Positions 19,911-29,563 of a stretch of DNA of 64,000 bases are shown here, piece by piece; the stretch's first letter is position 1; each line of letters starts with the position of its first letter. The position numbers were made by a program, and so were the translations under genes. The notes under the pieces are model-generated. The model was given only the letters and a program-made list of their open reading frames with translations, searched no databases and had not been told where the DNA came from. This DNA is from a virus. The stretch is from positions 32,001 through 96,000 of the IMG/VR virus record IMGVR_UViG_3300025141_000036; one strand, given 5' to 3'.

Positions 19911-20197
19911 TTTTCATCTTCCTCTGATTTTTGAATTTGGTCGAAAATTTGTGCGAAATCTTTTTCCGATAGCTCATCTGATGATTCTTGCTTGGTCATT
20001 AGGCCACAAAGCTTAACCAATTGTTCGTTCGACCGCTGTAATGTTTCTACATATTTTGCTAGTGTCATTCCAATAGTTTGATGTCTTGCGTCGTCAACAG
20101 CAAGCCACTTAATGGCATCATCGAGCAATTCTCTCGTTATTTCCCTATCATCTTCAAGGTTTTTAATAGCTTTTTCAATGTGTTTTTTACTTTTCAT
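19907..20197 (-). CDS. Hypothetical helical protein (96 aa)
   Basis: Coupled ORF; CTAATTA motif just upstream. Confidence 0.6.
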   Translation of the reverse strand: MKSKKHIEKAIKNLEDDREITRELLDDAIKWLAVDDARHQTIGMTLAKYVETLQRSNEQLVKLCGLMTKQESSDELSEKDFAQIFDQIQKSEEDEK

Positions 20198-20216
20198 ATA
20201 AATAATTAGATTTTAT

Positions 20217-20909
20217 TCAAATTTTCCCGTCATCCCAGTCTTTTTTAAAGTCCTTATATCTACTTCTCATTTTATTAAGATGTGTCACAACCTGTTTAGT
20301 GTTCATCCCAGTAAGCTCCCGTAAATAAAGATAGATGGCTTTTTTATTGAAAATTTCAATGTCGTCTACTGACGATAAAATTATTTTTACCGCTTCGTAA
20401 ACTTTTTTCTCACCTTCTTTTTCGTAATCAACCTCCCAGGAATTAATCTCACCCCATAGGTTTTCCCAAAACTCTTTTGTCGATCTTTCTTGATAATAAT
20501 GATCTCCGGGATCAACAAAAGAAGTCTCCAGTTCTAATTCTGCATTTTCATATGGTACTTCTCTTTGGAGTCTTTTTGTGTTCTTTTTTACTTTATGTAT
20601 AAACCAATTTTTAGTTATCACACTAAAATAAGAAAAAGCCTTTGATCCACGATTTGGATCATATTTGTCTAAAATGGTGGTGAGCCAAACTTTGCACTCC
20701 ATCCTAAGTTCATCAATGTTTGGCAAGTTTGTAAACTTATAGGAAAATACAATCTTATCAACCATCTGATTAAACGCTGGTTGTATCCATTTTATGTATA
20801 GCTGTTCTTTTTCTGCATGATCATCGCTGTTGCAAAAATCAAGAATTGCCTGTTCGTGTTCCTGCGTAAAATACATTTTGCTCTTTGCTTTCTTCTTCAC
20901 TTTTCTCAT
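20217..20909 (-). CDS. Phage sigma factor (T4 gp55-like late sigma)
   Basis: 230 aa; KYDPNRGSKAFSYFSVITKNWF resembles sigma region 2 of gp55 (xxDPxxxxxxFAYFTxIxxN). Confidence 0.7.
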   Translation of the reverse strand: MRKVKKKAKSKMYFTQEHEQAILDFCNSDDHAEKEQLYIKWIQPAFNQMVDKIVFSYKFTNLPNIDELRMECKVWLTTILDKYDPNRGSKAFSYFSVITKNWFIHKVKKNTKRLQREVPYENAELELETSFVDPGDHYYQERSTKEFWENLWGEINSWEVDYEKEGEKKVYEAVKIILSSVDDIEIFNKKAIYLYLRELTGMNTKQVVTHLNKMRSRYKDFKKDWDDGKI

Positions 20910-21225
20910 TTATCTCCTCCATTTCTAAAACATCTAGGGGTTCGGTTATATCTACAATGTCACCATATTCATCATCCATTAGGGCAATAAGCGCCCTAGT
21001 GTGTTCTAGTAGGTGCTGTAGGGTCTCATCTCCATAAAAGGTGTCTAGAGAGTAAACTTTTTTTAAGTGGTTTTTGTAGGCGGCCAAAAGTTCTATCAAA
21101 TCACCTAAGTTCTGTGAAACATAAGACAATCTTTGTGACTGCTCTCTTGCAAACCAGATCAAAAAACAATTAAGGGTAAAAGACACACAAAGTGCTAACC
21201 CTAGCCATATTTCAATTGTCATCAT
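20839..21225 (-). CDS. Hypothetical membrane-anchored protein
   Basis: 128 aa; N-terminal hydrophobic helix. Confidence 0.6.
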   Translation of the reverse strand: MMTIEIWLGLALCVSFTLNCFLIWFAREQSQRLSYVSQNLGDLIELLAAYKNHLKKVYSLDTFYGDETLQHLLEHTRALIALMDDEYGDIVDITEPLDVLEMEEINEKSEEESKEQNVFYAGTRTGNS

Positions 21226-21472
21226 AATAATTCTCTCTTACGTTACGTTTCATATCTTCTAGGAGGGCTCTGTTGTCCTCTATAGCCGCTTTTGTTGCGT
21301 CCCCTACCTTACCACTCCTTGGTTTACCAGAACTCTTGAGAAAAGGCATTTGCGGCACTCTATGAGGGTCTTCGGATGAGCAATGAATACATTTGTCTAT
21401 TTCCTCTGACATCCCATGGTATACCTCAAAGCACTCTTCGCAAGAGTTACATTTGTAAACATACTTTGGCAT
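21212..21472 (-). CDS. FmdB-family zinc-ribbon protein
   Basis: MPKYVYKCNSCEECFE..CIHCSS. Confidence 0.8.
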   Translation of the reverse strand: MPKYVYKCNSCEECFEVYHGMSEEIDKCIHCSSEDPHRVPQMPFLKSSGKPRSGKVGDATKAAIEDNRALLEDMKRNVRENYYDDN

Positions 21473-21675
21473 TATTGAACGCTCGTTTCGATTGTTCCAC
21501 CTTCTGGTGACGGGGCTTGCACCACTGGAGGGTTTATAACCACCAGTTGGTCAGAATCATCGATTTGTATTTCAAAACCAGTTAAGGTTGGGACGATGTC
21601 TGTTTGTTCCATTAGTGATTTCTGAAGCGCCATCATAATGGCACCTACTGCTTGATTAGATAATTTATAGTTCAT
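21472..21675 (-). CDS. Hypothetical protein (67 aa)
   Basis: Coupled ORF with AGGAG SD. Confidence 0.6.
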   Translation of the reverse strand: MNYKLSNQAVGAIMMALQKSLMEQTDIVPTLTGFEIQIDDSDQLVVINPPVVQAPSPEGGTIETSVQ

Positions 21676-22513
21676 TTATAATCTCCTTAATATAATCTTC
21701 TAACTTGTATTTAGGCTCCCAGCCTAAAATTTTCTGTGTGTTTTTAATATCTGCCTTTGTTTCTTGGGCTTCTCCTCTTCTTTTTGGAAGAGTAACTTTT
21801 TCACTTTCGAATAGATCTACAATCTCATTGATTGAATAATTAATTCCCGTTCCAAAATTAAAAATCTCTCCTTGCCAAACAGCTTCGGCTAGTTGAATTA
21901 ACCCATCACATATATCGGATACGTGTGTAAAATCTCTTCTCTGTTTTCCATCTCCAACTACCGTTAGGGGTAATCCTTTGGATTTCAACTCTTCAAATTT
22001 CGCTATAATTGGGGTGAACTCTCCAATAAGTGGATTTCGTGGACCGTAAACATTAAAAAATCGAGCGGTCACTGTTGAAACCCCAAACACTTTTGAATAC
22101 ATTTCACACATCTCTTCACCTAATTTTTTACTAAAGGTATATGGGTTTTTTAGCTTACCCCCGTAACATGATGACGATCCAGCGTAAACCACTTTACAAT
22201 CTCTGGTTCTTGCATAATCGCAAACAACTGATGTACCTAAAACATTACTTTTTTGCCACAAATGAGGATTTTGAAAACTAGGCTGGATTCTGGCCTCTGC
22301 TGCTAAATGGAAGATAACGTCTACATCTTCGCAAAACACGGATGATAGTAGACCAATGTCATCATAATAATATTCTTTCACAGAATCATTCTTCCACAAA
22401 TAACTTCCAGATGACATATCGTCAATAACATAGACAGTCCAGCCTTTTTCGACTAAGCGATCAACCAAGTTGCTTCCCACGAAGCCTAAGCCACCAGTAA
22501 CTAATGCTCTCAT
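21665..22513 (-). CDS. NAD-dependent nucleotide-sugar epimerase/dehydratase
   Basis: MRALVTGGLGFVGS, FHLAA, YxxxK (YTFSK), RFFNVYGP, RDFTHVSD; start reassigned to ATG 22513. Confidence 0.9.
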   Translation of the reverse strand: MRALVTGGLGFVGSNLVDRLVEKGWTVYVIDDMSSGSYLWKNDSVKEYYYDDIGLLSSVFCEDVDVIFHLAAEARIQPSFQNPHLWQKSNVLGTSVVCDYARTRDCKVVYAGSSSCYGGKLKNPYTFSKKLGEEMCEMYSKVFGVSTVTARFFNVYGPRNPLIGEFTPIIAKFEELKSKGLPLTVVGDGKQRRDFTHVSDICDGLIQLAEAVWQGEIFNFGTGINYSINEIVDLFESEKVTLPKRRGEAQETKADIKNTQKILGWEPKYKLEDYIKEIINEL

Positions 22514-23361
22514 TTGTCCCCCTCGTCTTTCGACACAGCACCTTCGATTTTCAACCAATCATGGTTCTCTCTAACTTCAATATTCTTTTTCCATGCAGCC
22601 TCCATGACTGCCGGATCAACCCCCAATTCTTTTGCTTTAACGATCATAGCGTTGATATCCTTTGGGAAACATTTTCCCCCAAATCCCGGAGAACCATCAT
22701 GGCCCGGAACATCGATGTGTGAATTACCTATACGTCCATCTGTTATAAATCCTTCAATTGCTTGATCCCAATTGGCCCCTGCAGCGTCACAAATTTGCTT
22801 CATTTCATTCATAAACGAGATCTTCGTGGAGAAGAAACAATTAGCCATGTATTTAATCAACTCGGCGGTTTCAAAATCAGTTTTGATGATCTTAGTATAA
22901 GGAAACCGTAATCGATATAATTTTTCGACCTCTGTGGTATAAAGGATATTCCCTCCTAACACAATTCTAGAGGTGTTTATAAAATCTAATTTTGCTCGCC
23001 TTTCTGTCAAAAACTCAGGATTGAAAACGAATGCCATCTGAGGAAACTTTTCGCTAAGTTCTTGGCTTGTTCCCGGAACAATTGTTGATTTTAAAACAAA
23101 TATATTATCGCGGTAATCTATCCCCAGATCATCAATCGATTTTAGGACTCCTTCAATTATTGAAAGATCACATTTTCCATCTTTATTCATAGGAGTTGGA
23201 AGAGACAAAAAAATAATTTTTGCTTCCTCGAGCATTTCTTTTAGTGTGCTTATTGATCGATTTGGGTCCTTATCATAGATTAATATATCATCGGTGTGCA
23301 AAACAAACCCATGAACGATAGCTGACCCTACAAATCCATTCCCAATAATTCCAATTTTCAT
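22510..23361 (-). CDS. ugd: UDP-glucose/GDP-mannose 6-dehydrogenase (short form lacking C-terminal domain)
   Basis: GIIGNGFVG, KSTIVPGT, NPEFLTE, AELIKY, GFGGKCFPKD. Confidence 0.85.
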   Translation of the reverse strand: MKIGIIGNGFVGSAIVHGFVLHTDDILIYDKDPNRSISTLKEMLEEAKIIFLSLPTPMNKDGKCDLSIIEGVLKSIDDLGIDYRDNIFVLKSTIVPGTSQELSEKFPQMAFVFNPEFLTERRAKLDFINTSRIVLGGNILYTTEVEKLYRLRFPYTKIIKTDFETAELIKYMANCFFSTKISFMNEMKQICDAAGANWDQAIEGFITDGRIGNSHIDVPGHDGSPGFGGKCFPKDINAMIVKAKELGVDPAVMEAAWKKNIEVRENHDWLKIEGAVSKDEGDK

Positions 23362-23380
23362 ATTTCACCTCTGGTTAAAA

Positions 23381-24151
23381 TCATGAATGTACTCCTCTTT
23401 TGCTCGGGTCAATATTATATTTCTTAAAAATAATTTCCAACTCATTCTTATAAATGTCCATAGCCCACATTGATGGGAGCCCATAAGATCCCCCGTGAAG
23501 GGCTGTGGATATATAAGGAAAAACACTTGAATCATGATGCAGTCTTCCTCTTTTCGGCTCCTCATTAAAGATATAACAACCTGTTATCCCAAGGGCCAAA
23601 CATGCATAAGTGCCCAGTCGTTCTGCCTCGAGAATGTTCTTTGGTTTGTAAGAATTCATCAATTGCTGAAGTCTTTTTCTTTTCCAAAGAGTTGTTTGGC
23701 AAGAAAAAATATATGGATGTGAGTAGGTTCCAGCTGGCTCTCCTCCGGTTTGAGGGATCTCATATATATTTAAGTCATTATGAATTTTCTTGCCGCCCTC
23801 TACTCCTGATTTCATAAATCTTAGAAAGTCATAATTTGAATCGATTAAAAAATTATTTAAATTCTCTATATTTTCCTTCTTAACGTCACCATATAAAAGA
23901 TGGTCTTCGTGGGAATAGATTATATTATCCTCTTCAATGTGATCTAATGATTCCACCAGCCTTTTGTAAAATGGGTCGTCTTCTTTGTTATAAACCACAT
24001 CGCAAAAATTAGGCTCATATTCTTCATTTTGATTTATAATGAGAGTGTGCTTTAAAAAGCCAGCATGTTGTTTAAATTGACCGTAATAGGCATCCCAAAC
24101 ATCGTTGTATGTAGAATGAGTCCAAGTTGCAACTCTAAGATTTTTTATCAT
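23381..24151 (-). CDS. Putative glycosyltransferase (GT-A-like)
   Basis: 256 aa; IIYSHEDH (DxD-like), FSCQTTLWKRKRL; sugar-cluster context. Confidence 0.45.
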   Translation of the reverse strand: MIKNLRVATWTHSTYNDVWDAYYGQFKQHAGFLKHTLIINQNEEYEPNFCDVVYNKEDDPFYKRLVESLDHIEEDNIIYSHEDHLLYGDVKKENIENLNNFLIDSNYDFLRFMKSGVEGGKKIHNDLNIYEIPQTGGEPAGTYSHPYIFSCQTTLWKRKRLQQLMNSYKPKNILEAERLGTYACLALGITGCYIFNEEPKRGRLHHDSSVFPYISTALHGGSYGLPSMWAMDIYKNELEIIFKKYNIDPSKRGVHS

Positions 24152-24825
24152 ATTAAGATTTCCTCTAAATTTTTTTTCACATATTCCATGGGAAACTTAA
24201 TCCCCGTGTACATATGGAATTGTTTGGATGCTTGGAGTAAAGAAAGTTCTTTTCCTGTTTGAGTATTAATCAAGCAATCTATAAAACACACATTGGGGTT
24301 TACAGTTATATTTTCAACAGGAGTGCAATTAAAAATAAGACCAGAATCAATATTTCCAATCTCTTCCCAGTTGTTCCTAGTTATTATTTTAACTTCATCG
24401 AACAATTTTTTTGCCGAGAACTGTGCTGCTTTAGAAAAACCACCAGAACCTAATATATATATAATATCTCTGTGTTTTATTTTACTCAAAACAGTGTATG
24501 TCGAATAAGCGTCGGTGTTATATGCTGTCAATACTCCGTCATCATTTATGATTGTATTACAGGAACCAATCACCCCAACTTCTTCTGATATCTTATCAAC
24601 AAAATTGATTGCACTTATTTTATAAGGCATTGTAACTCCGCAGCCCCTAATCCCGAACGCTTTAATTCCTTTTATGGCACTATTAAGTTCTGATTTTTTG
24701 ACAGAAAAAGATTTATAAATAAAATCACATCCCACTTTTTTGAACGCTGCGTTGTGAATAGAGCACCCAAAGTTTCCTGCCGATTCTGCTATTGATATGC
24801 AGACTTTAGTATTTTTATTTATCAT
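24148..24825 (-). CDS. Shikimate dehydrogenase-family oxidoreductase
   Basis: HNAAF..GCGVTMPYK..CNTI..AYNTD..ILGSGG..NCTP. Confidence 0.8.
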   Translation of the reverse strand: MINKNTKVCISIAESAGNFGCSIHNAAFKKVGCDFIYKSFSVKKSELNSAIKGIKAFGIRGCGVTMPYKISAINFVDKISEEVGVIGSCNTIINDDGVLTAYNTDAYSTYTVLSKIKHRDIIYILGSGGFSKAAQFSAKKLFDEVKIITRNNWEEIGNIDSGLIFNCTPVENITVNPNVCFIDCLINTQTGKELSLLQASKQFHMYTGIKFPMEYVKKNLEEILI

Positions 24826-25738
24826 TAAGAATCGTCTCCGTCATTTTTTCTGATGTTAATCCATATTTGTTCCACAAATCCATTGGAGGAGCAGACTCGG
24901 GAAACACATCATTCAACCCAATTCTCAACAGTCGTGCGGGATGGTTTTCACATAAAACCTCTGCTACTATAGAACCTAGACCGCCAACTATAGAATGATC
25001 TTCTATTGTAACAATTTTTTTAGTTTCCTTGGCGGCTTTGATTATAATTTCTTTATCAACGGGCTTTAAGGTCGGAAGATTTATAACTCGACATGAAATC
25101 CCTTGATCTTCAAGGTTTTCCGCTGTCTTTAAAGCTTCCGAAAGGATGCAACCGCTACTTATTAAAGTAATGTCATTTCCCGGTAAAAGCTGGTTTCCTT
25201 TTCCAAACTGAAATCTATAATTTTCTGAGAGGTGTTCTTCTACAGGTTGCCTTCCTATTCTTAAATAAACCGGATTTTTTAAATCTGTCTCTACTAGATA
25301 TTTTGTTATTTCACGAGCCTCAATAGGAGTTGCAGGTTGCAAAACAACCATTCCAGGAATAGACCTCATCAAACTTACATCCTCGAGACCCATTTGGGTC
25401 ACTCCATCCTTTCCAATGGCCAAACCAGCATGAGTGCCCACTAAAATTACAGGAGCCTCAGAATAACCTATAGAGACCCTTATAACATCATACTTCCCTG
25501 TAAGGAAAGAAGCAAAAGATGCCATAAAGACTTTGTAGCCATATTCTGACATACCTGATGCTATTCCAATCATATTACATTCAGCTATTCCACATTCGAA
25601 AAATCTATCAGGGTATGCTTCATGAAATTTTGAAAGCCTTGTCGCTTTTGACAAATCAGCACTCAAAGCTATAACATCTTTTCTGTCTCTGGCTGATTCT
25701 ACTAGTTGTTTGCCGAAGGCATCTCTTGTTGCTAACAT
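24815..25738 (-). CDS. Transketolase, C-terminal subunit
   Basis: ATRDAFG, LSADL, RFFECGIAE, GKDGVTQMGLED, EDHSIVGGLG. Confidence 0.9.
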   Translation of the reverse strand: MLATRDAFGKQLVESARDRKDVIALSADLSKATRLSKFHEAYPDRFFECGIAECNMIGIASGMSEYGYKVFMASFASFLTGKYDVIRVSIGYSEAPVILVGTHAGLAIGKDGVTQMGLEDVSLMRSIPGMVVLQPATPIEAREITKYLVETDLKNPVYLRIGRQPVEEHLSENYRFQFGKGNQLLPGNDITLISSGCILSEALKTAENLEDQGISCRVINLPTLKPVDKEIIIKAAKETKKIVTIEDHSIVGGLGSIVAEVLCENHPARLLRIGLNDVFPESAPPMDLWNKYGLTSEKMTETILNDK

Positions 25739-26517
25739 CTCAACTCCTCTAGTGCTGCTTCATATTCTTCTTTATTTGGTGCTTTAGCATGCCAAGCTGG
25801 GTCATTCATGAATGAAACACCTGCTCCTTTCTGTGTGTCTAGGATTATACACTTTGGTTTTCCATTTGATTCTAAAGAATCCATAGCTTTCTCTATTTCT
25901 TCATAAGAATTGCCATTAATTCTAATTATATCCCACTTAAAACTAGCTAGTTTTTCCCCCAAAGGATCTAAGGGCAGGATATCCTCTACTAAGCCATCGT
26001 TCTGTGATTTATTAAAATCAATAAAACAGATAAGATTATCTAATTTGAATTTAGGGGCTAACATAAACGCTTCCCACACTTGCCCTTCTTGAATTTCTCC
26101 ATCGCCAACGATACAAAAACACTTTCCGCCAAGGGCCTGTAGTTTCATAGCCAGAGCATGCCCTAGGGCTATACTTAATCCTTGTCCTAGGGAACCTGTT
26201 GTAGCATGCATATAGGGCAACCTCACTTTGTCAGGGTGACCTTGCAAGGGAGAATCAATTTCTCTAAATTTTGCCAGATCCTCATCTGATAAGATTTCCA
26301 ATTCATAGAGTGCGGCATACAAAATAGGAACAGCATGCCCTTTGGACAAAATAAGTTTGCTCCCGCCTATCCCTCTAGATGTCAGATCATAATTTGAATA
26401 TAGATATGCCACCAACTCTGCTAAAGAAAAACTACCTCCGATATGACCAGACTGTTTTTCATAAATCATTCGCAGCACATGCTCTCTTAATCGATTAGCC
26501 GATATTTTCATTCGCAA
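25732..26517 (-). CDS. Transketolase, N-terminal TPP-binding subunit
   Basis: SGHIGGS, LSKGHA, TGSLGQG, GDGEIQEGQVWEA. Confidence 0.9.
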   Translation of the reverse strand: MRMKISANRLREHVLRMIYEKQSGHIGGSFSLAELVAYLYSNYDLTSRGIGGSKLILSKGHAVPILYAALYELEILSDEDLAKFREIDSPLQGHPDKVRLPYMHATTGSLGQGLSIALGHALAMKLQALGGKCFCIVGDGEIQEGQVWEAFMLAPKFKLDNLICFIDFNKSQNDGLVEDILPLDPLGEKLASFKWDIIRINGNSYEEIEKAMDSLESNGKPKCIILDTQKGAGVSFMNDPAWHAKAPNKEEYEAALEELRC

Positions 26518-27127
26518 CCTTCCTTTTTAATAAACCCACAGCAATGTGAGTAATTTTAGAAATAGAATCTTCAAAATGAAAATTATTATTATTCTTCCCA
26601 GTTTGCCCCGGAAAAATAGAGTCTCCCCTAACAATTATCAACAAATCAGCTAAATCTCTTGCTTTGCAGCTTTCATTTCTTGTAATAACCACCACTTTCA
26701 TTCCAATTTCTTTTGCATATTCTGCTGCTTTAATAACGTTTTTTGAATTTCCTGAACCACTGATTCCGAAGAACACATCACCTGATGATCCTTGATATCT
26801 TAATTGCTCAACAAAAATGTTCTCATATCCCAAATCATTAGAGATGCCTGTTATTGTAGCTACACAATCACACAAATTCACACAATGAAACTTATTCCTA
26901 GGAGCGGATCTGTTTCCTTTGTCCTCAGAGACAAACGGATGCATATTTAAATCTACGACCAGATTGCCCACATAAGCCACATTCCCACCATTTCCACAAG
27001 CAAACACTTTCTTTTCTTTTTCATAAGCTTCAAAGATTATTTTTACAAAAGACTCGATTTCGGTTGATGAAATTGTCTGTATTACTCTTGATGATTCTTT
27101 TTTGTAAACTTCTATTAATTCTTGCAT
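26495..27127 (-). CDS. gmhA: Phosphoheptose isomerase (SIS domain)
   Basis: VFACGNGG, ISNDLGYENIFVEQL, GISGSGNSKNV. Confidence 0.8.
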   Translation of the reverse strand: MQELIEVYKKESSRVIQTISSTEIESFVKIIFEAYEKEKKVFACGNGGNVAYVGNLVVDLNMHPFVSEDKGNRSAPRNKFHCVNLCDCVATITGISNDLGYENIFVEQLRYQGSSGDVFFGISGSGNSKNVIKAAEYAKEIGMKVVVITRNESCKARDLADLLIIVRGDSIFPGQTGKNNNNFHFEDSISKITHIAVGLLKRKVANENIG

Positions 27128-28683
27128 TCTTCATCTCCTTTTAAATGTTTTGATAATAAATATTTTCCTAATAAAAATAAAAAATCTCCGTATTTCCCAC
27201 CATGAAAATCCTCATATAGAGAGCAAATTCCAATATATTGCAAAATACCCAATAACTTTACATTGCTCCAATCTAAATCTCTCTCAACACAAAACATTTC
27301 AAACTCTATCAACAAAAATAATAGATTGCTTTTGACTTTATAAGAAAGAAAAGCTTCTTTGTTTTTAATTTTATAATCATAATGTTTAGATAAAACCATT
27401 TGCCCATTAATCAAGAGAGCATGATATAACTTTCCTAAGTCATAATATGTATCTCCAACCTCCAAACTTTCGCCAAAAGATTCCCTCCAATCGATTAATT
27501 GAAACCGTTGGCCATCATAAATTATGTTTTCTGGTTGGAAATCACCATGAAAATTGCTAGGAATCGCATTCTTATAAATAGATTCCCAGTTTACTCTACT
27601 TAAGGTCTTTTGGATAGGTTCAACTTTTATCCCGTTAATAAATTCTATTTTATCTAACTCACTATCAGAATAAAGACTTATTCTATCGAACAACTTTTCT
27701 TTATACATTTTATTGCAATTGTCGAGAAAACCTTTCGATTTTTCAAAACGCGATGATGAAATCTTATCCATATAAAAATCTAAGACACTCTTCAAAACGT
27801 TCTCATCCAATATCTGGGATAGAGTTTCTCCTTCTATAAACTTATATGAATACATATTATCATTAACCAATTCTACTTCCGGAACGGAATTGTTAAGAAA
27901 ATCTACTCTCAACAGTCTTTTCTTAACCTTTTCGGGATTGTGAAAATATTTTATAACAGTTTCATTTTCAATAAAAATTGTTTCGTCATTTTTGGGAGCA
28001 ACCACTTCTTTATTGTAGACTTTTCGAGTTTCGTCATATGACTTATTATTTCCCGTATCATGCCAAGTAAAAAAGTTTAATCTTATTTCCTTCAAATCAT
28101 AAAACCCATGGATAACTTGATATTCATCATTTATAATACTCTTTTCTCTCAAAGAATCCCAGAATGTTTTATAATCATAAACCCCGGCCATTCCGTTATA
28201 AGCCAAATTCCCTATTCCGTAATAAAGCTCATCCAAGTATTCTTCTCCTTTTATTAAACAATATCCCGATGAGGAAGCACTCTCTATTATTGAAGTGCCA
28301 ATCCAATTGTCATCTAGGTAGGAAAATTTTTCGACTTCTTCTACTATAGTATCAGACGAAGTGAAAATAAAAGGGCACCGTAAATGTTTTTCACACTGTA
28401 ACAGACTAAGGCCCGGGCCGGATCCGGGTCCTGAGAAATTTTCTACATGAACATAAGTTATTTTTCTACTTGGAAACACCCTTTTTAGATAAGACTTAAC
28501 TTGATAACTCTTAAATCCCAGCGCAATCACAATCTCTATATCTTTACTGAAACTCCTTATTATTTTAGATATCACTGCTCTGTTTTCTATTGGTAACAAT
28601 GATTTGTGCAAACCAGCAACAGTAGTGTTTCTAGACCCCTGGCCTGCTGATAAAATACAAAGTTTGAATTTGCTATTTTTCAT
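27115..28683 (-). CDS. Bifunctional nucleotidyltransferase + choline/aminoglycoside-kinase-like phosphotransferase
   Basis: ILSAGQGSR..KSLLPI (NTP transferase); HGDFQPENI..LIDWR..DLGKL (kinase). Confidence 0.8.
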   Translation of the reverse strand: MKNSKFKLCILSAGQGSRNTTVAGLHKSLLPIENRAVISKIIRSFSKDIEIVIALGFKSYQVKSYLKRVFPSRKITYVHVENFSGPGSGPGLSLLQCEKHLRCPFIFTSSDTIVEEVEKFSYLDDNWIGTSIIESASSSGYCLIKGEEYLDELYYGIGNLAYNGMAGVYDYKTFWDSLREKSIINDEYQVIHGFYDLKEIRLNFFTWHDTGNNKSYDETRKVYNKEVVAPKNDETIFIENETVIKYFHNPEKVKKRLLRVDFLNNSVPEVELVNDNMYSYKFIEGETLSQILDENVLKSVLDFYMDKISSSRFEKSKGFLDNCNKMYKEKLFDRISLYSDSELDKIEFINGIKVEPIQKTLSRVNWESIYKNAIPSNFHGDFQPENIIYDGQRFQLIDWRESFGESLEVGDTYYDLGKLYHALLINGQMVLSKHYDYKIKNKEAFLSYKVKSNLLFLLIEFEMFCVERDLDWSNVKLLGILQYIGICSLYEDFHGGKYGDFLFLLGKYLLSKHLKGDEECKN

Positions 28684-28701
28684 TTAATTCTCGTTTTATA
28701 T

Positions 28702-28730
28702 ATTATAACACATTCTTCGTCCCCTGTCAA
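28702..28730 (-). promoter_or_regulatory. sigma70-type promoter TTGACA-N17-TATAAT
   Basis: Perfect consensus upstream of ATG 28683. Confidence 0.8.
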
Positions 28731-28737
28731 AAAAAAA

Positions 28738-29211
28738 TTAATTTTTATGCTCGATATCTATTTTTCCAGATTTTCTATTTGTATCATCTTGATATCTAAT
28801 GACATCATTAAGATGAGGAGTGGAAACCTCCAAAGCAGTATAGGATTCTCTAGCTATGACTCTATGTTTTCTATTGAGAGGGACTGTCCACCCTGATCCT
28901 GCTTTATAAATCTTGGATTCCATAACCCCTTCATCATTTTCCAAAAGAACCTCTGCTTCTCCTTCAATCACATAGTTTGCTTCAATCTTATATTCATGAG
29001 ATTGTAAACTACATCTATTACCTTTTTTCATATGAATCAGCTTAAAAGCATAAAACTCATTTAATTCCAACCATAGTTCATAGCCCCATGGCTTTACTAC
29101 TTTATAATCGCTTACTGATAGGTTATCCGGCTTGCTGTTATCAATCGTATCTTTGTACTCCTCTAGTGCTTGCTTTATAAACAAATCTTTAATGTGATCA
29201 AATTTTGACAT
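28738..29211 (-). CDS. Cupin (mannose-6-phosphate isomerase type II C-terminal-like)
   Basis: KPWGYE..CSLQSHEYKIE..HRV..LEVSTP. Confidence 0.8.
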   Translation of the reverse strand: MSKFDHIKDLFIKQALEEYKDTIDNSKPDNLSVSDYKVVKPWGYELWLELNEFYAFKLIHMKKGNRCSLQSHEYKIEANYVIEGEAEVLLENDEGVMESKIYKAGSGWTVPLNRKHRVIARESYTALEVSTPHLNDVIRYQDDTNRKSGKIDIEHKN

Positions 29212-29563
29212 CTTTAATTCCTTGGTTTCTTTTTAAATTTATTGCATATGCATAATCTTTATCCCCTGAGGGCTTTCTATCATTTATAATATATCTTTTT
29301 CCTCCGCCAATGCCCATAACTAATTGGTCATAGATAATGCCGGCTTTTGACAATTGTTTTTCTGTTTGCTTTCTCATACTCTCTCTACGACCAGTAGTGA
29401 GAATAATGTTGTAGCCTCGGCGGTCCCACTCTTCTAGTTTTTCTAGTGTTCCGTTTAAAATTTCCATTTTATTATCTTGTCGACAAGATAAAAAGGGTGA
29501 CTGATGTTTTACTAACGTGCCATCTATATCACAAAAAATAGTGGCTGGTCTCTTTTCATTCAT
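29198..29563 (-). CDS. HAD-family sugar-phosphate phosphatase
   Basis: FCDIDGTL, ILTTGR, YIINDRK. Confidence 0.8.
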   Translation of the reverse strand: MNEKRPATIFCDIDGTLVKHQSPFLSCRQDNKMEILNGTLEKLEEWDRRGYNIILTTGRRESMRKQTEKQLSKAGIIYDQLVMGIGGGKRYIINDRKPSGDKDYAYAINLKRNQGIKDVKI

